In this document: piece after piece, positions 17,545 to 27,197 of the stretch
How the letters are laid out: each line of letters opens with the position of its first letter
Position numbering within the stretch: position 1 is the first letter of the stretch
Source: an uncultured candidatus Porisulfidus sp.
Lineage (GTDB): Bacteria; Pseudomonadota; Gammaproteobacteria; Poriferisulfidales; Poriferisulfidaceae
Assembly: GCA_963668445.1 (NCBI GenBank)
Contig: OY764335.1
Location: 216,270-280,269 of the forward strand
Reading direction: 5' to 3'
DNA: 64,000 nt
Translations under genes and position numbers: made by a program
Notes under the pieces: generated by a model
Databases searched by the model: none
The model's input: only the letters and a program-made list of their open reading frames with translations
What the model was told of the DNA's origin: nothing

Positions 17545-19553
17545 GTTGGGGTTGCTCCTTGCCGCAGAAGTTCGCGGGCCATGGTTTTGAGGTTGCTGGA
17601 CGTAATGCCGAAGTGTTCCATAAGTTGCGCGCCCGGCGCGGAACTGCCGAAGGTTTCGACGCCGAGCATGCGTCCCTTGGCGCCCAGCCAGCGTTGCCAA
17701 CCGGCGCCGACTCCGGCCTCGATGGCGATTCGGGCGCCCACGTTCGGCGGCAGCACGTGCGCGATGTATTCGGGGTCTTGGCGGGCAAAGCGTTCCATGC
17801 ACGGCATGGATACGACGCGGGTGCGGATGCGGGCCAGCCCGAGCGCTCGGGCGCATTTCATGGCCAAGCCCGTCTCGGAGCCGGTGGCGATCAGGATCAG
17901 GTCCGGCGTCTCGTTCGTGTCTTTCAGCACGTAGCCGCCGCGCTCTATGAGCGCGGTCGTCTTCGCCGAACGCTTCAGGTGTCCGACGGCCTGGCGCGAC
18001 AGCACCAGCGCGGTCGGCCCGGCGGAGTTCTGCAAGGCGCATTTCCAAGCGATGGCGGTCTCGATGCCGTCGGCCGGGCGCCACACGTCCAGATCCGGAA
18101 TCAGCCGGAGGCTGGCAATGTGCTCGACCGCTTGATGGGTCGGGCCGTCTTCGCCCAGACCGATAGAATCGTGCGTCAGCACGAAGATGACGCGCTGGCG
18201 CATCAGGGCCGCCATGCGGATCGCATTGCGCGCATAATCGGAAAAGGTCAGGAACGTGCCGCCGTACGGAATGAAGCCGCCGTGCAGGGCGAGGCCGTTC
18301 ATGATGGCGCTCATGCCGAATTCGCGCACGCCGTAATACAGGTAATGGCCGCCGGGCTCGTCCGGATGGATCACCCGCTGCCCCTTGGCCTTCGTGTTGT
18401 TGGAGCCGGTCAGGTCGGCGGAGCCGCCGATCAGTTCCGGCAGGGTGAAGGCGATGGCATCCAGCGTGTTGCCGGAATGCTTGCGCGTGGCGGCGCGCTC
18501 CGGGGCTTCGATTTGCCGCCGGAGATGCTCCTCGAGGGCCTTCTCGAACAGAACCGGGAGCCGGCCCTCGATGCGCCGCTCCAATTCCCGCGCCTTCTCC
18601 GGATATTCTTCGGCGTAGGCCTCCATGCGGGTGCGCCATTCGGCTTCCAGTTGCGCCCCGCGTTCGCGGGCATCCCAGGCTTGGCGGATCTCGTCCGGGA
18701 CTTCGAACGGCGGATGCGGCCAGTCCAGTTCCTTGCGCGCCGAGCGGATTTCCCGCGCCCCCAACGGAGCGCCATGCGCGGCGGCGGTGTTGGACTTGCG
18801 CGGTGCGCCGAAGCCGATGATCGTGCGGCAGCACAGCAGCGAGGGCCGATGATCCTTTTTGGCCGCCGCAATCGCCGCGTCCACGTCGTGAGGGTCGTGC
18901 CCGTCGACTTTCGGTGCCACATGCCAGCCGTACGCGGCGAAGCGCTGGGGCGTCTGGTCTGTGAACCAGCCTTCGGTCCGGCCGTCGATGGAAATGCCGT
19001 TGTCGTCGTAGAACACAATCAGCTTGCCCAGACGCAACGTGCCGGCCAAGCTGCAGGCTTCGTGCGAGATGCCTTCCATCAGGCAGCCGTCACCGGCGAA
19101 GGCATACGTGAAGTGGTCGATGATCTGGTGCGCGCTACGGTTGTACTGCTGAGCCAAAAGCCGCTCGGCCAGCGCCATGCCGACCGCGTTCGCCAAGCCT
19201 TGGCCCAACGGGCCGGTGGTGGTCTCCACGCCGATTTCCCGATCCAGTTCCGGATGCCCCGGCGTGCGGGAGCCCAGCTGGCGGAACGCTTGCAGATCTT
19301 CTTGCGACAGCGGATAGCCGGTCAGATGCAGCAGGCTGTACAACAGCATCGAGCCGTGGCCGTTGGAAACCACGAAGCGGTCCCGGTTGGGCCACTGCGG
19401 GTTGTTCGGGTTGTGCCGCAGATGCTTGCGCCACAGGACTTCCGCAATGTCCGCCATGCCCATGGGCATGCCGGGATGCCCGGAGGCGGCCATTTCGACA
19501 GCATCCATGCTCAAGGCCCGGATGGCGTTGGCAAGTATCCGAGATTCGGGCAT
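17541..19553 (-). CDS. tkt: Transketolase
   Basis: [33 protein letters not shown]. Confidence 0.98.
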   Translation of the reverse strand: MPESRILANAIRALSMDAVEMAASGHPGMPMGMADIAEVLWRKHLRHNPNNPQWPNRDRFVVSNGHGSMLLYSLLHLTGYPLSQEDLQAFRQLGSRTPGHPELDREIGVETTTGPLGQGLANAVGMALAERLLAQQYNRSAHQIIDHFTYAFAGDGCLMEGISHEACSLAGTLRLGKLIVFYDDNGISIDGRTEGWFTDQTPQRFAAYGWHVAPKVDGHDPHDVDAAIAAAKKDHRPSLLCCRTIIGFGAPRKSNTAAAHGAPLGAREIRSARKELDWPHPPFEVPDEIRQAWDARERGAQLEAEWRTRMEAYAEEYPEKARELERRIEGRLPVLFEKALEEHLRRQIEAPERAATRKHSGNTLDAIAFTLPELIGGSADLTGSNNTKAKGQRVIHPDEPGGHYLYYGVREFGMSAIMNGLALHGGFIPYGGTFLTFSDYARNAIRMAALMRQRVIFVLTHDSIGLGEDGPTHQAVEHIASLRLIPDLDVWRPADGIETAIAWKCALQNSAGPTALVLSRQAVGHLKRSAKTTALIERGGYVLKDTNETPDLILIATGSETGLAMKCARALGLARIRTRVVSMPCMERFARQDPEYIAHVLPPNVGARIAIEAGVGAGWQRWLGAKGRMLGVETFGSSAPGAQLMEHFGITSSNLKTMARELLRQGATPT

Positions 19554-19734
19554 CGGCCGGTCAGCAGGGCATGGAATTGAAATCTGTGGTTCAGGCAGAC
19601 ACCGCTCCCGACATTCGGAGAATGGCGTGCGCAACCCGAAGCGATGCCCATTTTACACTGTCCGCCGAAATGCGCCGTTTTTTCCCGGCGCAGGCCGCGC
19701 ATGGGCTATACTGGTTTCCGCTCGCGCCCCATCC

Positions 19735-20400
19735 ATGCCGTTTCGCCTGTCCTTCATCCTTGCCGCCGTCCTGTGGGTCGGTGCCGGTGCGCCTGCCTTC
19801 GCCGAAAGCGAGCCGTCGCATCCGATGATCGATTTCCGGCGCTTGGCGCCGCTGGAATCCCTGCAGGAACTGGAGCTGGACGAACTCAAGGCCCGACGCG
19901 CCGCCTATGCCGCGCAATTGGATGAGGCCATCGCGCCGACCGCGGAACTGGAAGGCGGACTGCTGGCGGCACTGCTCGCCTACGATGATGAGCGCGTGCG
20001 GATCGTGGAACTCATCCCGCAACTTATCGAACTGTACGAGCTGGACGCGGAGTTCGCCGAGGATCTGATGAACTTCCGCGACACCATGTCCCGGATCGTC
20101 GCGGAACTCAAGCCGAACGTGACGAACCTGCAAAGCTACAAGCCCTACGATTTCCGGATGGGCGTGAGTTTCGCGGCCCTCATGACGATCATGCAGAAGC
20201 AGCAGGCGGTCCGCGAGCGGATGCTTCGCGATCAGGAAGACCCCGACACCTTGCTGGGCCAGTACTACCGGCAGCTGCGCAGCCACTATCAGGAAGTGGA
20301 AGAAGCCCGCGGGAAGCTGGAGCAGGGCTACAAGGCCCAAGACATCAAAGAGCAGGTCGAGCGCATCGATGCCGAACTGCAGCGGCGCCGGCCTTCGTAG
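19735..20400 (+). CDS. Exported alpha-helical/coiled-coil hypothetical protein
   Basis: Signal peptide ending PAFA-E; host-like codon usage; TATACT upstream. Confidence 0.75.
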   Translation: MPFRLSFILAAVLWVGAGAPAFAESEPSHPMIDFRRLAPLESLQELELDELKARRAAYAAQLDEAIAPTAELEGGLLAALLAYDDERVRIVELIPQLIELYELDAEFAEDLMNFRDTMSRIVAELKPNVTNLQSYKPYDFRMGVSFAALMTIMQKQQAVRERMLRDQEDPDTLLGQYYRQLRSHYQEVEEARGKLEQGYKAQDIKEQVERIDAELQRRRPS

Positions 20401-20515
20401 AGGCTCGAAGCCTTCCGGATCTGTCCGCTGTCGTTGCGCGGGTCCCCAGTCCATGCCGGGGCCTCAGGCAGTTCAGGTATTCTCGCGAAGCCGGCTGTCC
20501 GGAAAGCTAAGCGGC

Positions 20516-20746
20516 TCAAGATGATGCGAGCTTTCCATACAGCGAACGAAAACGGGCACGGCTTTCTTGATAGGCGCGTAGCACATCAGGCTGCGCCCTT
20601 TCCTGCCGTCTCTCTTCGAGCAGTCTGATTACGGCTTCCGCAACGACATTTTGGACATGGCGTTCTTCGCCTTTCGCCAGAGTGCGCAATTCCTCGAGCA
20701 ATCCGCTATCGAGTTGCATGGTGAATTTCACCTGAGTGCTTGGCAT
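20516..20746 (-). CDS. Ribbon-helix-helix-like putative antitoxin
   Basis: KFTMQLDSGLLEELRTLAKGEER...LYGKLA; GGAG RBS. Confidence 0.65.
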   Translation of the reverse strand: MPSTQVKFTMQLDSGLLEELRTLAKGEERHVQNVVAEAVIRLLEERRQERAQPDVLRAYQESRARFRSLYGKLASS

Positions 20747-20793
20747 GGCATGCTCCGTCAATCCTGCTTAATGCTTTGTACTCTGAAGCAACG

Positions 20794-21657
20794 TCAGTTC
20801 GCGTGGAGTTCCCGCGCCAGAGCCAAGACTTCCGCAGCATCCCAGACCTGATCATGGCGTTCGAACAAGCGTCCGATCATCGTGCGCTGGGCGCGTAGCT
20901 TTAGAGAACCGACCGCCAGTCCGCCGAACAGCAGCGCGTCGCCGTCCCGACGACCGCGGTCGTCGAGTTCCATGCCCTCAATGCCGAGCGGCGGGCAGGT
21001 GCCGACATCGGCGACGGCGCGCAACGAAGCGGCGGCACGGCGCACTTCAAGGGGCAGCAGCAGCACGCCGGTCTGGCCGGTCGCCAATACGACCGCTGCG
21101 CCGTCAATCGCAGCGGCCGTCTCGTCGGCATTCGTGACGGCCATCGGTTCTGCTTTTAGGCTATAACGTTCTGCAATGCCGTCGCACGCTTGCTGCGCAC
21201 GCTCGAGCTTGCGGGAGGTCAAGCGGACACGGGCGCCGGATTGCGCCAGCATGGCGGCGGCGCGAAGCCCGACCGGGCCGGTGCCCGCCAGCACCACAGC
21301 ATGCGCATCTTCCAAAGGATGCGCGGCTCCCAGCGTCGCGACCGCAGCGGCGGCCGTCGTGTTGCAGCCGTTCGCATCCAACGCGACCGAGACGCGGAAG
21401 TTCGAAAAGAATTGCGACCGCACGGCTTCGGCCAAAGCTTGGGCCTGCCTCAGGTCGCTGCCGCCGATCAGGATGGCGGTATGCCGCTTGTCCTTCGGAG
21501 CGCGGGTGTAGATGGCGCCTTCCACCAAGGCGAAGCAATTGTCGGGAGTGACGCCGCCGTAGGCGAGCACGGCATCCGCGCCCGCATCATGCGCCACCAC
21601 TTGGTCGAAGGCGGACGGTTGCGGGTCGGTGTCGAGAAGGATGAGGAGGTTTTTCAT
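20794..21657 (-). CDS. mtdB: NAD(P)-dependent methylene-H4MPT dehydrogenase
   Basis: PSAFDQVVAHDAG, IYTRAPK, IGGSD, NTTAAAAV, AGTGPVG, PPLGIEG; mtdA vs mtdB not resolvable by eye. Confidence 0.85.
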   Translation of the reverse strand: MKNLLILLDTDPQPSAFDQVVAHDAGADAVLAYGGVTPDNCFALVEGAIYTRAPKDKRHTAILIGGSDLRQAQALAEAVRSQFFSNFRVSVALDANGCNTTAAAAVATLGAAHPLEDAHAVVLAGTGPVGLRAAAMLAQSGARVRLTSRKLERAQQACDGIAERYSLKAEPMAVTNADETAAAIDGAAVVLATGQTGVLLLPLEVRRAAASLRAVADVGTCPPLGIEGMELDDRGRRDGDALLFGGLAVGSLKLRAQRTMIGRLFERHDQVWDAAEVLALARELHAN

Positions 21658-21697
21658 GGAGGTTCAAGATTCTAAGTTCCGATGATGAGGAAGCGGC

Positions 21698-22108
21698 CTA
21701 AAGGCGCACACGCTGCAGTACGCCCCACCTGATTTTAATGCCGAACAGTTTCCGGATTTCCGCTTCGGTGTAGTCTTGGAAGCAATTCCGGTTGTAGGCG
21801 TGGTTGACTTGCCGAAGGTTGGCCGGACCCAGTTCGTCGGCTCGCACGATTGCCCAATGCGGGTCGTCGTGCAGGTGAGCGCGATAGCGCTGCTGCACGT
21901 TTTGTGGAGCGTTCCCCAGAATGGCCTCGATGCCGACATCAACCAGTTCCGGAAAGATCCGGACGACGGCTTCTGCTTCGGTGGTGGCTGTGGCGTAGAA
22001 AGAGACGTTCTTTCCCTCAACTGCGCTGGTTTGGTGCAAAATCATGTACTCTCGAGGAACTTCCATTCCGTCGAAGGCGTGGTGTGAATCCAGAAAATAT
22101 AAAGTCAC
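21698..22108 (-). CDS. Hypothetical protein
   Basis: AAGGAG RBS before GTG; lower GC; no motif recognised. Confidence 0.55.
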   Translation of the reverse strand: MTLYFLDSHHAFDGMEVPREYMILHQTSAVEGKNVSFYATATTEAEAVVRIFPELVDVGIEAILGNAPQNVQQRYRAHLHDDPHWAIVRADELGPANLRQVNHAYNRNCFQDYTEAEIRKLFGIKIRWGVLQRVRL

Positions 22109-22198
22109 GATAGGCTCCTTCAGGGTGTGGGGCTGCCCATCGGCAACTTATTGTCAACGGCGAAGGGTCGCAGGCGAAGCAGAGGTATACGACTTGGT

Positions 22199-23026
22199 TC
22201 AAGAGCACTGCAACGCGGCATCAGCATCGTCATCGGATGACTTTTTGGCACGTTTGCGCTTGGGTGCTAGTACCAGTTTAAGAAGTTGGTCCCAGCGAAT
22301 ATTCTTTCCGCTTGCATCCAATACGCATTGTTCCTCTAAGTATTTAGCGACTCGTGCTTGAGCCTGCTGCACGGCAGCCTGCAAATTTTTCTTTTCAGTT
22401 CTTCCGAGAATGTCCAATATGGCAGCGCTGGTGCTTGGCCATTCAGATATTTCGTTCCAGAACTCCAGTCCGACGATTTGTTCGTGATTCCCTTTGTACT
22501 TGCGTCCGCTTGCTCCATAGCAGCAGCCTTCAATACATCGGACATGTTTGACAGATTTGCCTTGCTTCAAAATTCGAGTCGCTTTGGCAAACCTATCTGC
22601 CAAGGCTTTATTCTGGCTTGAGTTGCCCCAGTTGGTGCCGGATTTCACCTGCACTAGCACACGGGTGTTGCGGTCTTCATCGTATTCGAGGTCAATGCCT
22701 TCAATGCCGGATTTCCTCCCATGTTTTGCATGTGTACAAATAGTGACCGCCATGTTTTCGAGTGTTTCACCGAAAATGGGTTCTTCGCTGGAGGAACGGA
22801 AAGCGTCAATTAATGCGGATACGAGCTCTTGCGCATCGTCGGTTTTCGTTCGAAACAGGAACGGGTTTTTCCTTTTGACGATTTTTTCAGGTGATTCTTC
22901 CAACTTTGCTTCCAGACGCATCAGGAAATCATCTGCGGCCGCGTGCAATTCAGGTTTTGCCTGCTCCCACCAGTCGGGATATGCTGGCGAACTCACGTCC
23001 GCATCCTCTCGCGCATTACGTTGCAA
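22199..23026 (-). CDS. Type II restriction endonuclease (PmeII/EcoO109I-like)
   Basis: KRKNPFLF, GRKSGIEGIDLE, QVKSGTNWGNSSQ; low GC; overlaps the MTase gene. Confidence 0.85.
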   Translation of the reverse strand: MQRNAREDADVSSPAYPDWWEQAKPELHAAADDFLMRLEAKLEESPEKIVKRKNPFLFRTKTDDAQELVSALIDAFRSSSEEPIFGETLENMAVTICTHAKHGRKSGIEGIDLEYDEDRNTRVLVQVKSGTNWGNSSQNKALADRFAKATRILKQGKSVKHVRCIEGCCYGASGRKYKGNHEQIVGLEFWNEISEWPSTSAAILDILGRTEKKNLQAAVQQAQARVAKYLEEQCVLDASGKNIRWDQLLKLVLAPKRKRAKKSSDDDADAALQCS

Positions 23027-24018
23027 TATTCCGCTTTGGTATCGATGCCGATGCTATGTCTTTCCAGTGCCTGTGCTGCCACAAGCGTCGTACCGGAACC
23101 GGCGAAGGGGTCCAGAACCGTATCTCCCGGGTCTGTAAATAGTCGGATGAACCAGTCCGGCAGGGCCACAGGGAAGGCTGCCGGGTGATTTTTGTAGCCG
23201 CATTCCGTTGAAAAGTGCAGCACGTTGGTCGGATAGGCCATGTCGCGTCCCACCCAGTTGGCAATGCGTTTGCCGAAGCCATTGCTATTGCGCGAGAGGT
23301 CCCGGATTTGATCGGTCTTGGATAAGGTCTTGAGGCGGGCGTGCATCCAGTCTCCAGTTGGCACCATGACTGCTTCTTGGCGCATTTTGAATTCCTTTTG
23401 CAGGGTGAAGTGCAGCAGCCTCTCCCATGAGTCGCGAAAGCGATTCGGCCATTTTCCGGGATAGCAGTTCTTCTTGTGCCAGCAATATTCGTCCACCCAG
23501 TGCCAGCCCTGCTGCCTGAGCGCAAGAATCAGTTCAAGCACATAGGTGTGCCGTTCCCCGCCTATCGCCTTTTCCTTAATATTCAGGACGAATGAACCCT
23601 CGGGGTGCAAACATGTTTGGAAGGCTTGGGCGCGCGGAAGGAACCATTCGACGTACTTGTGCGGAGGAATGCCGCCGTAGTTGTTTTTGCGCTGGTCGGC
23701 ATACGGGGGGGAGGTGAAGATCAGGTTGATGCTTTCGGGCGCAACCCTTTTTCGAATCACCTGCATGCAATCGCCGCGCAGGATGCGTACCCGGGGTTTG
23801 GCGGTCCTGGTCTTGGGAACCGCACGGACCGGAGGCCTGACTTCCGGCGTTGCCGCTACATCCGCATGCTGTCTGTCTCCCATGATGTTTTGCTCGGTCT
23901 GCGTCATGGTTGGGGCATGGCGACCCGTGGTTCCTGAGGGCATTCTACAATCTTTCGTGCCACCCGGCGCCAACCGTGAACCCTCCTGAATGAGGCAGTT
24001 GGCCGGTGTCTTGCGCAT
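22993..24018 (-). CDS. Beta-class amino DNA methyltransferase (SPPY, probably m4C); true start probably ~23880-23910
   Basis: FTSPPY ... HPAAFP ... VLDPFAGSGTT. Confidence 0.93.
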   Translation of the reverse strand: MRKTPANCLIQEGSRLAPGGTKDCRMPSGTTGRHAPTMTQTEQNIMGDRQHADVAATPEVRPPVRAVPKTRTAKPRVRILRGDCMQVIRKRVAPESINLIFTSPPYADQRKNNYGGIPPHKYVEWFLPRAQAFQTCLHPEGSFVLNIKEKAIGGERHTYVLELILALRQQGWHWVDEYCWHKKNCYPGKWPNRFRDSWERLLHFTLQKEFKMRQEAVMVPTGDWMHARLKTLSKTDQIRDLSRNSNGFGKRIANWVGRDMAYPTNVLHFSTECGYKNHPAAFPVALPDWFIRLFTDPGDTVLDPFAGSGTTLVAAQALERHSIGIDTKAEYCNVMRERMRT

Positions 24019-24137
24019 TATTTTGGTGATGTTCCTGCCGATGCGGGTGACTCTGCGGTGTTCCCGTATGGATGCTGCAGGCCGAATTTGCTTGCTTGGT
24101 GACTGGAAAAATCGCCATTACCGTCGTGAAAATTAAG

Positions 24138-24150
24138 CAAGCCATTGATT
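24138..24150 (-). promoter_or_regulatory. IHF consensus site in AT-rich spacer
   Basis: AATCAA-TGGC-TTG matches WATCAANNNNTTR. Confidence 0.45.
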
Positions 24151-24218
24151 AATAATATTATTTTTTAGAAGAATTCGCTTGGTTGGCAATGTGGCGGCGG
24201 CATCGCCACGACCCCATT

Positions 24219-24260
24219 TTCGGCTGATATGCAGAATTTGCTTCGGCTAATATGCAAAAT
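24219..24260. repeat. Imperfect direct repeat, 23-nt period
   Basis: TTCGGCTGATATGCAGAAT / TTCGGCTAATATGCAAAAT. Confidence 0.7.
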
Positions 24261-24294
24261 ATGGGGCAAGGCCGTATCGCCGGGATGAATCCCA

Positions 24295-25488
24295 TCATGC
24301 GTCCTGCCATGCATTTCCAGGCATCTGGCATCGCATGAACTGGTCGAACAGCGGCACCGTAAACGCCGTGTCGCCATGGCTCGGGCTCCAGATCATGCCG
24401 TTTGTGATAAGGCGGCTCCTAGTGGGCGCGACGCTGCTTGCGCTGCGCCCGAGCCGTTTGGCGATGTTTCCGGACCGGTGCGGACCCGGGCCGAGGTCTG
24501 CCATGGCGCGTAGGTATTTGGTCTCGAACGGGCGCAGCCGGTCCAATCGCACACGGAAAAAACTTTGGTCGAGCGTGGCTACTGCCAGTTCGGAGGCATG
24601 ATGGACATCGGCGAGAGTGATAGGTGCGCTTTCGGCTTCATCCCAGACATGCTTGCCCCATTCCTGAAGAAAGTAAGGGTAGCCTTCTGTCTTCCGGATG
24701 ATTTCGGCGACGGCATCCTCTGCAAACGTGACACTTTCATTCTCGGCGGGGATGACGATCGCCGCTCTGGCAGCATCCGCATCCAGCGGACCCACTTCGG
24801 GAAATTCGAAGAGACGTTCGGCGTACGACTTGGCGTTGCCCATGCGTCCCCTCAGCTGGGGAAGCCCGGCTCCCAGAAGCGTAATCGGCAGTTGGCGCTG
24901 AGCGCAGTGATGCAGAGCGCGGATCAAAGCAGCCAGTTGTTCGGTGGGGACATATTGCAACTCGTCCGCGAACATCACGACCGACGTTTCGGTTTGTTGC
25001 GCGGCCGTGCCTGCAGTCGCCAGCAAGTCGGATAGATCCTGTTCCAAGTCGCCGTTATCGGCAAGGCCGGGTTCAGGCTCGAAATCGAGAGCGACTTCGA
25101 GATCGGCATAGTGCACCTTGATGGCTTTGGCGAAGCCGGCAAGTGCCCGCAATCCCTTCTCCGCCCAGTCTTTCGCACGTTCCGTCCGGCTGAGTTTCAA
25201 AAGGGCGACCCGAAGTTGCGGTGCCAGCAGCGCCGGCAGAGATCTATCCTCGGATGCTTCGACATGCAACGCGCAAAGCTTCCGGGATTCGGCTTGGCGG
25301 CGGATGGTTTCGAGCAGCACGGTCTTGCCCACGCCGCGCAAACCTACCATCATGATGCTTTTGGCGGATTTCCCCCGCCGGATTCGCTCCATTGATATCC
25401 ATGCTCGTTCGCGCAAATCATCACGTCCGGCAAGTTCCGGCGGAGGCGTGCCTGCGCCGGGCGAATAAGGGTTCAGAAGCGGATCCAT
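24295..25488 (-). CDS. AAA ATPase with C-terminal winged helix
   Basis: NPYSPGAG..LAGRD, Walker A GLRGVGKT, Walker B FADELQ, GYPYFLQ, FTVPLF. Confidence 0.88.
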   Translation of the reverse strand: MDPLLNPYSPGAGTPPPELAGRDDLRERAWISMERIRRGKSAKSIMMVGLRGVGKTVLLETIRRQAESRKLCALHVEASEDRSLPALLAPQLRVALLKLSRTERAKDWAEKGLRALAGFAKAIKVHYADLEVALDFEPEPGLADNGDLEQDLSDLLATAGTAAQQTETSVVMFADELQYVPTEQLAALIRALHHCAQRQLPITLLGAGLPQLRGRMGNAKSYAERLFEFPEVGPLDADAARAAIVIPAENESVTFAEDAVAEIIRKTEGYPYFLQEWGKHVWDEAESAPITLADVHHASELAVATLDQSFFRVRLDRLRPFETKYLRAMADLGPGPHRSGNIAKRLGRSASSVAPTRSRLITNGMIWSPSHGDTAFTVPLFDQFMRCQMPGNAWQDA

Positions 25489-25652
25489 GGGTCAATTATA
25501 CACAAGTTACAAAAGTTATCTTAAATCTATAAACTTGGATAAACTATGCATACATCACCGCATCCAATCAGGCTTCAGGCCTATTTCCGGCACGGCAACG
25601 GGCATCGGCGAAACGCGGCCTGCCCATCTTCAAGAATGGCGATGGTCCGCCC

Positions 25653-26870
25653 CTATTGAATCTTCTCCAATGCCGTCAGCAGGTATTCTTGCGGGCGGTT
25701 GCCCTTGAGGCTATTGCATGCGCCGCACAGCAGTTGCTTGTTGCCGTCGGCGTCGCTCCCGCCCTTGCTGCGCGGCACGATGTGGTCGATCGTCATATTC
25801 CGCAGGCGGAAATGCACTTTGCAGCCGTTGCACAGCCCGTCCTGCTGCCCGTACAGGAAGTCCTTGATGTTCCGGTCGCTGGATTTCTGGCCCGGACGGT
25901 CGTCCGGGGCATCCGTTCGGTGAATGACCTCGCCGAGCAGGGCGGGGGATTCATCGCTGCCGATGGCCAGATCCGTGAGGAGCCGCTGCTTGACCAGTTC
26001 GCAGGCCCGTACGCTCAGATCGATGCCCACCCATTGGCGGCCGAGCCGCTCGGCCGCAATGCAGGCCGTCGCGCAGCCGCAGAACGGATCCATCACCATG
26101 TCGCCCTCGTCGGAAGAAGCTCGGATGATGCGTTCCAGCAGGGCCAGCGGCTTTTGCGTCGGATAGCCGGTGGCTTCCCGGGAGTTCTTTTTCACCGTCG
26201 GCATGAGCCAGACGTCTTCGGGCACCTTGCCCTTGCGTACGGCCTCGCCGCCCAGATAATCCTTCCCGCCCAGCGTGCGGCTGTATCGGTACCGGTCTTT
26301 GGAGGCCTCCTTGATGGGCACCCGAATGTCTTGGTCGTTGAACGTCCACGATTTGCCCTTCGTATAGAAGAACAGCACGTCGTGCTTGCGCGGATAATAG
26401 GTTTTCGGCCGGCCTGGGGTGTCCGTATAGAACCAGACCACTTCGTTTTTCAGGCCCTTGCCGAAGATCGCGTCCATCATCAGTTTCAGATAGTGGCTGG
26501 CGTGCGGGTCGCAATGCAAGTACAGGCTGCCGTCGTCCTTCAGCACCCGGTGGATTTCAAGCATGCGCACGGCCATGTAGATCAGGTAGCTCATCATGGA
26601 CTTGCCGTGAATGGCGCGAGTCGCGGTCAGCAGGCTGTAGAGTCCGGGGTTCGAGTCCTCGATTTGTCCATGCCATGCCAGATTGATGTCCGACAGGCAC
26701 CACGTGTCCTTGAAGGCTGCGCCGTCGGAAGGCGAGCCGACGGGCGCGGCGTAATCCGCATTGGAATTGAATGGGGGATCAAGATATATGAGGTCGATGC
26801 AGCCATCCTCCATGCCGCGCAGGACCTCGAGGTTGTCCCGTGTGAAAATGGTGCGATTCTTGACGGGCAT
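25653..26870 (-). CDS. N6-adenine DNA methyltransferase fused to C-terminal HNH domain
   Basis: IYLDPPFN, GYPTQKP, DPFCGCAT; then CNGC..IDHIVPRSKGG..N..LLCGACNSLKG. Confidence 0.92.
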   Translation of the reverse strand: MPVKNRTIFTRDNLEVLRGMEDGCIDLIYLDPPFNSNADYAAPVGSPSDGAAFKDTWCLSDINLAWHGQIEDSNPGLYSLLTATRAIHGKSMMSYLIYMAVRMLEIHRVLKDDGSLYLHCDPHASHYLKLMMDAIFGKGLKNEVVWFYTDTPGRPKTYYPRKHDVLFFYTKGKSWTFNDQDIRVPIKEASKDRYRYSRTLGGKDYLGGEAVRKGKVPEDVWLMPTVKKNSREATGYPTQKPLALLERIIRASSDEGDMVMDPFCGCATACIAAERLGRQWVGIDLSVRACELVKQRLLTDLAIGSDESPALLGEVIHRTDAPDDRPGQKSSDRNIKDFLYGQQDGLCNGCKVHFRLRNMTIDHIVPRSKGGSDADGNKQLLCGACNSLKGNRPQEYLLTALEKIQ

Positions 26871-27197
26871 CGGTGGCGGATTTGGGGAAGCAGGCAATCC
26901 GAAGGACGATCCCTCCGGGGCATGATTAGGATACCAGATTGAGTGGCGCGGAATCAATAAAGGCCGCAGCGCTTTGGGGTGGCACGACTTGCGGAATCCG
27001 AGCTTCTGCTGATTTAATGCGGCATAAATTTCCCGGGATAAAACCATTTACCCAATAAAATATCATATAAATCATACATTAATAGAGACACATTAATTAA
27101 ATGTTGCGATATTCATTTAAATGCGGCGCGTTCCATTCATACAGGCCTTTTGAGGCTTTGGTGCAATATGAGCCGAGAGAGCAGGCGGTCTTCGCTT

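Noticed and set aside
24219..24260. Mini-CRISPR
   Set aside because: Only two units with a 4-nt gap; no spacer-sized interval and no cas genes
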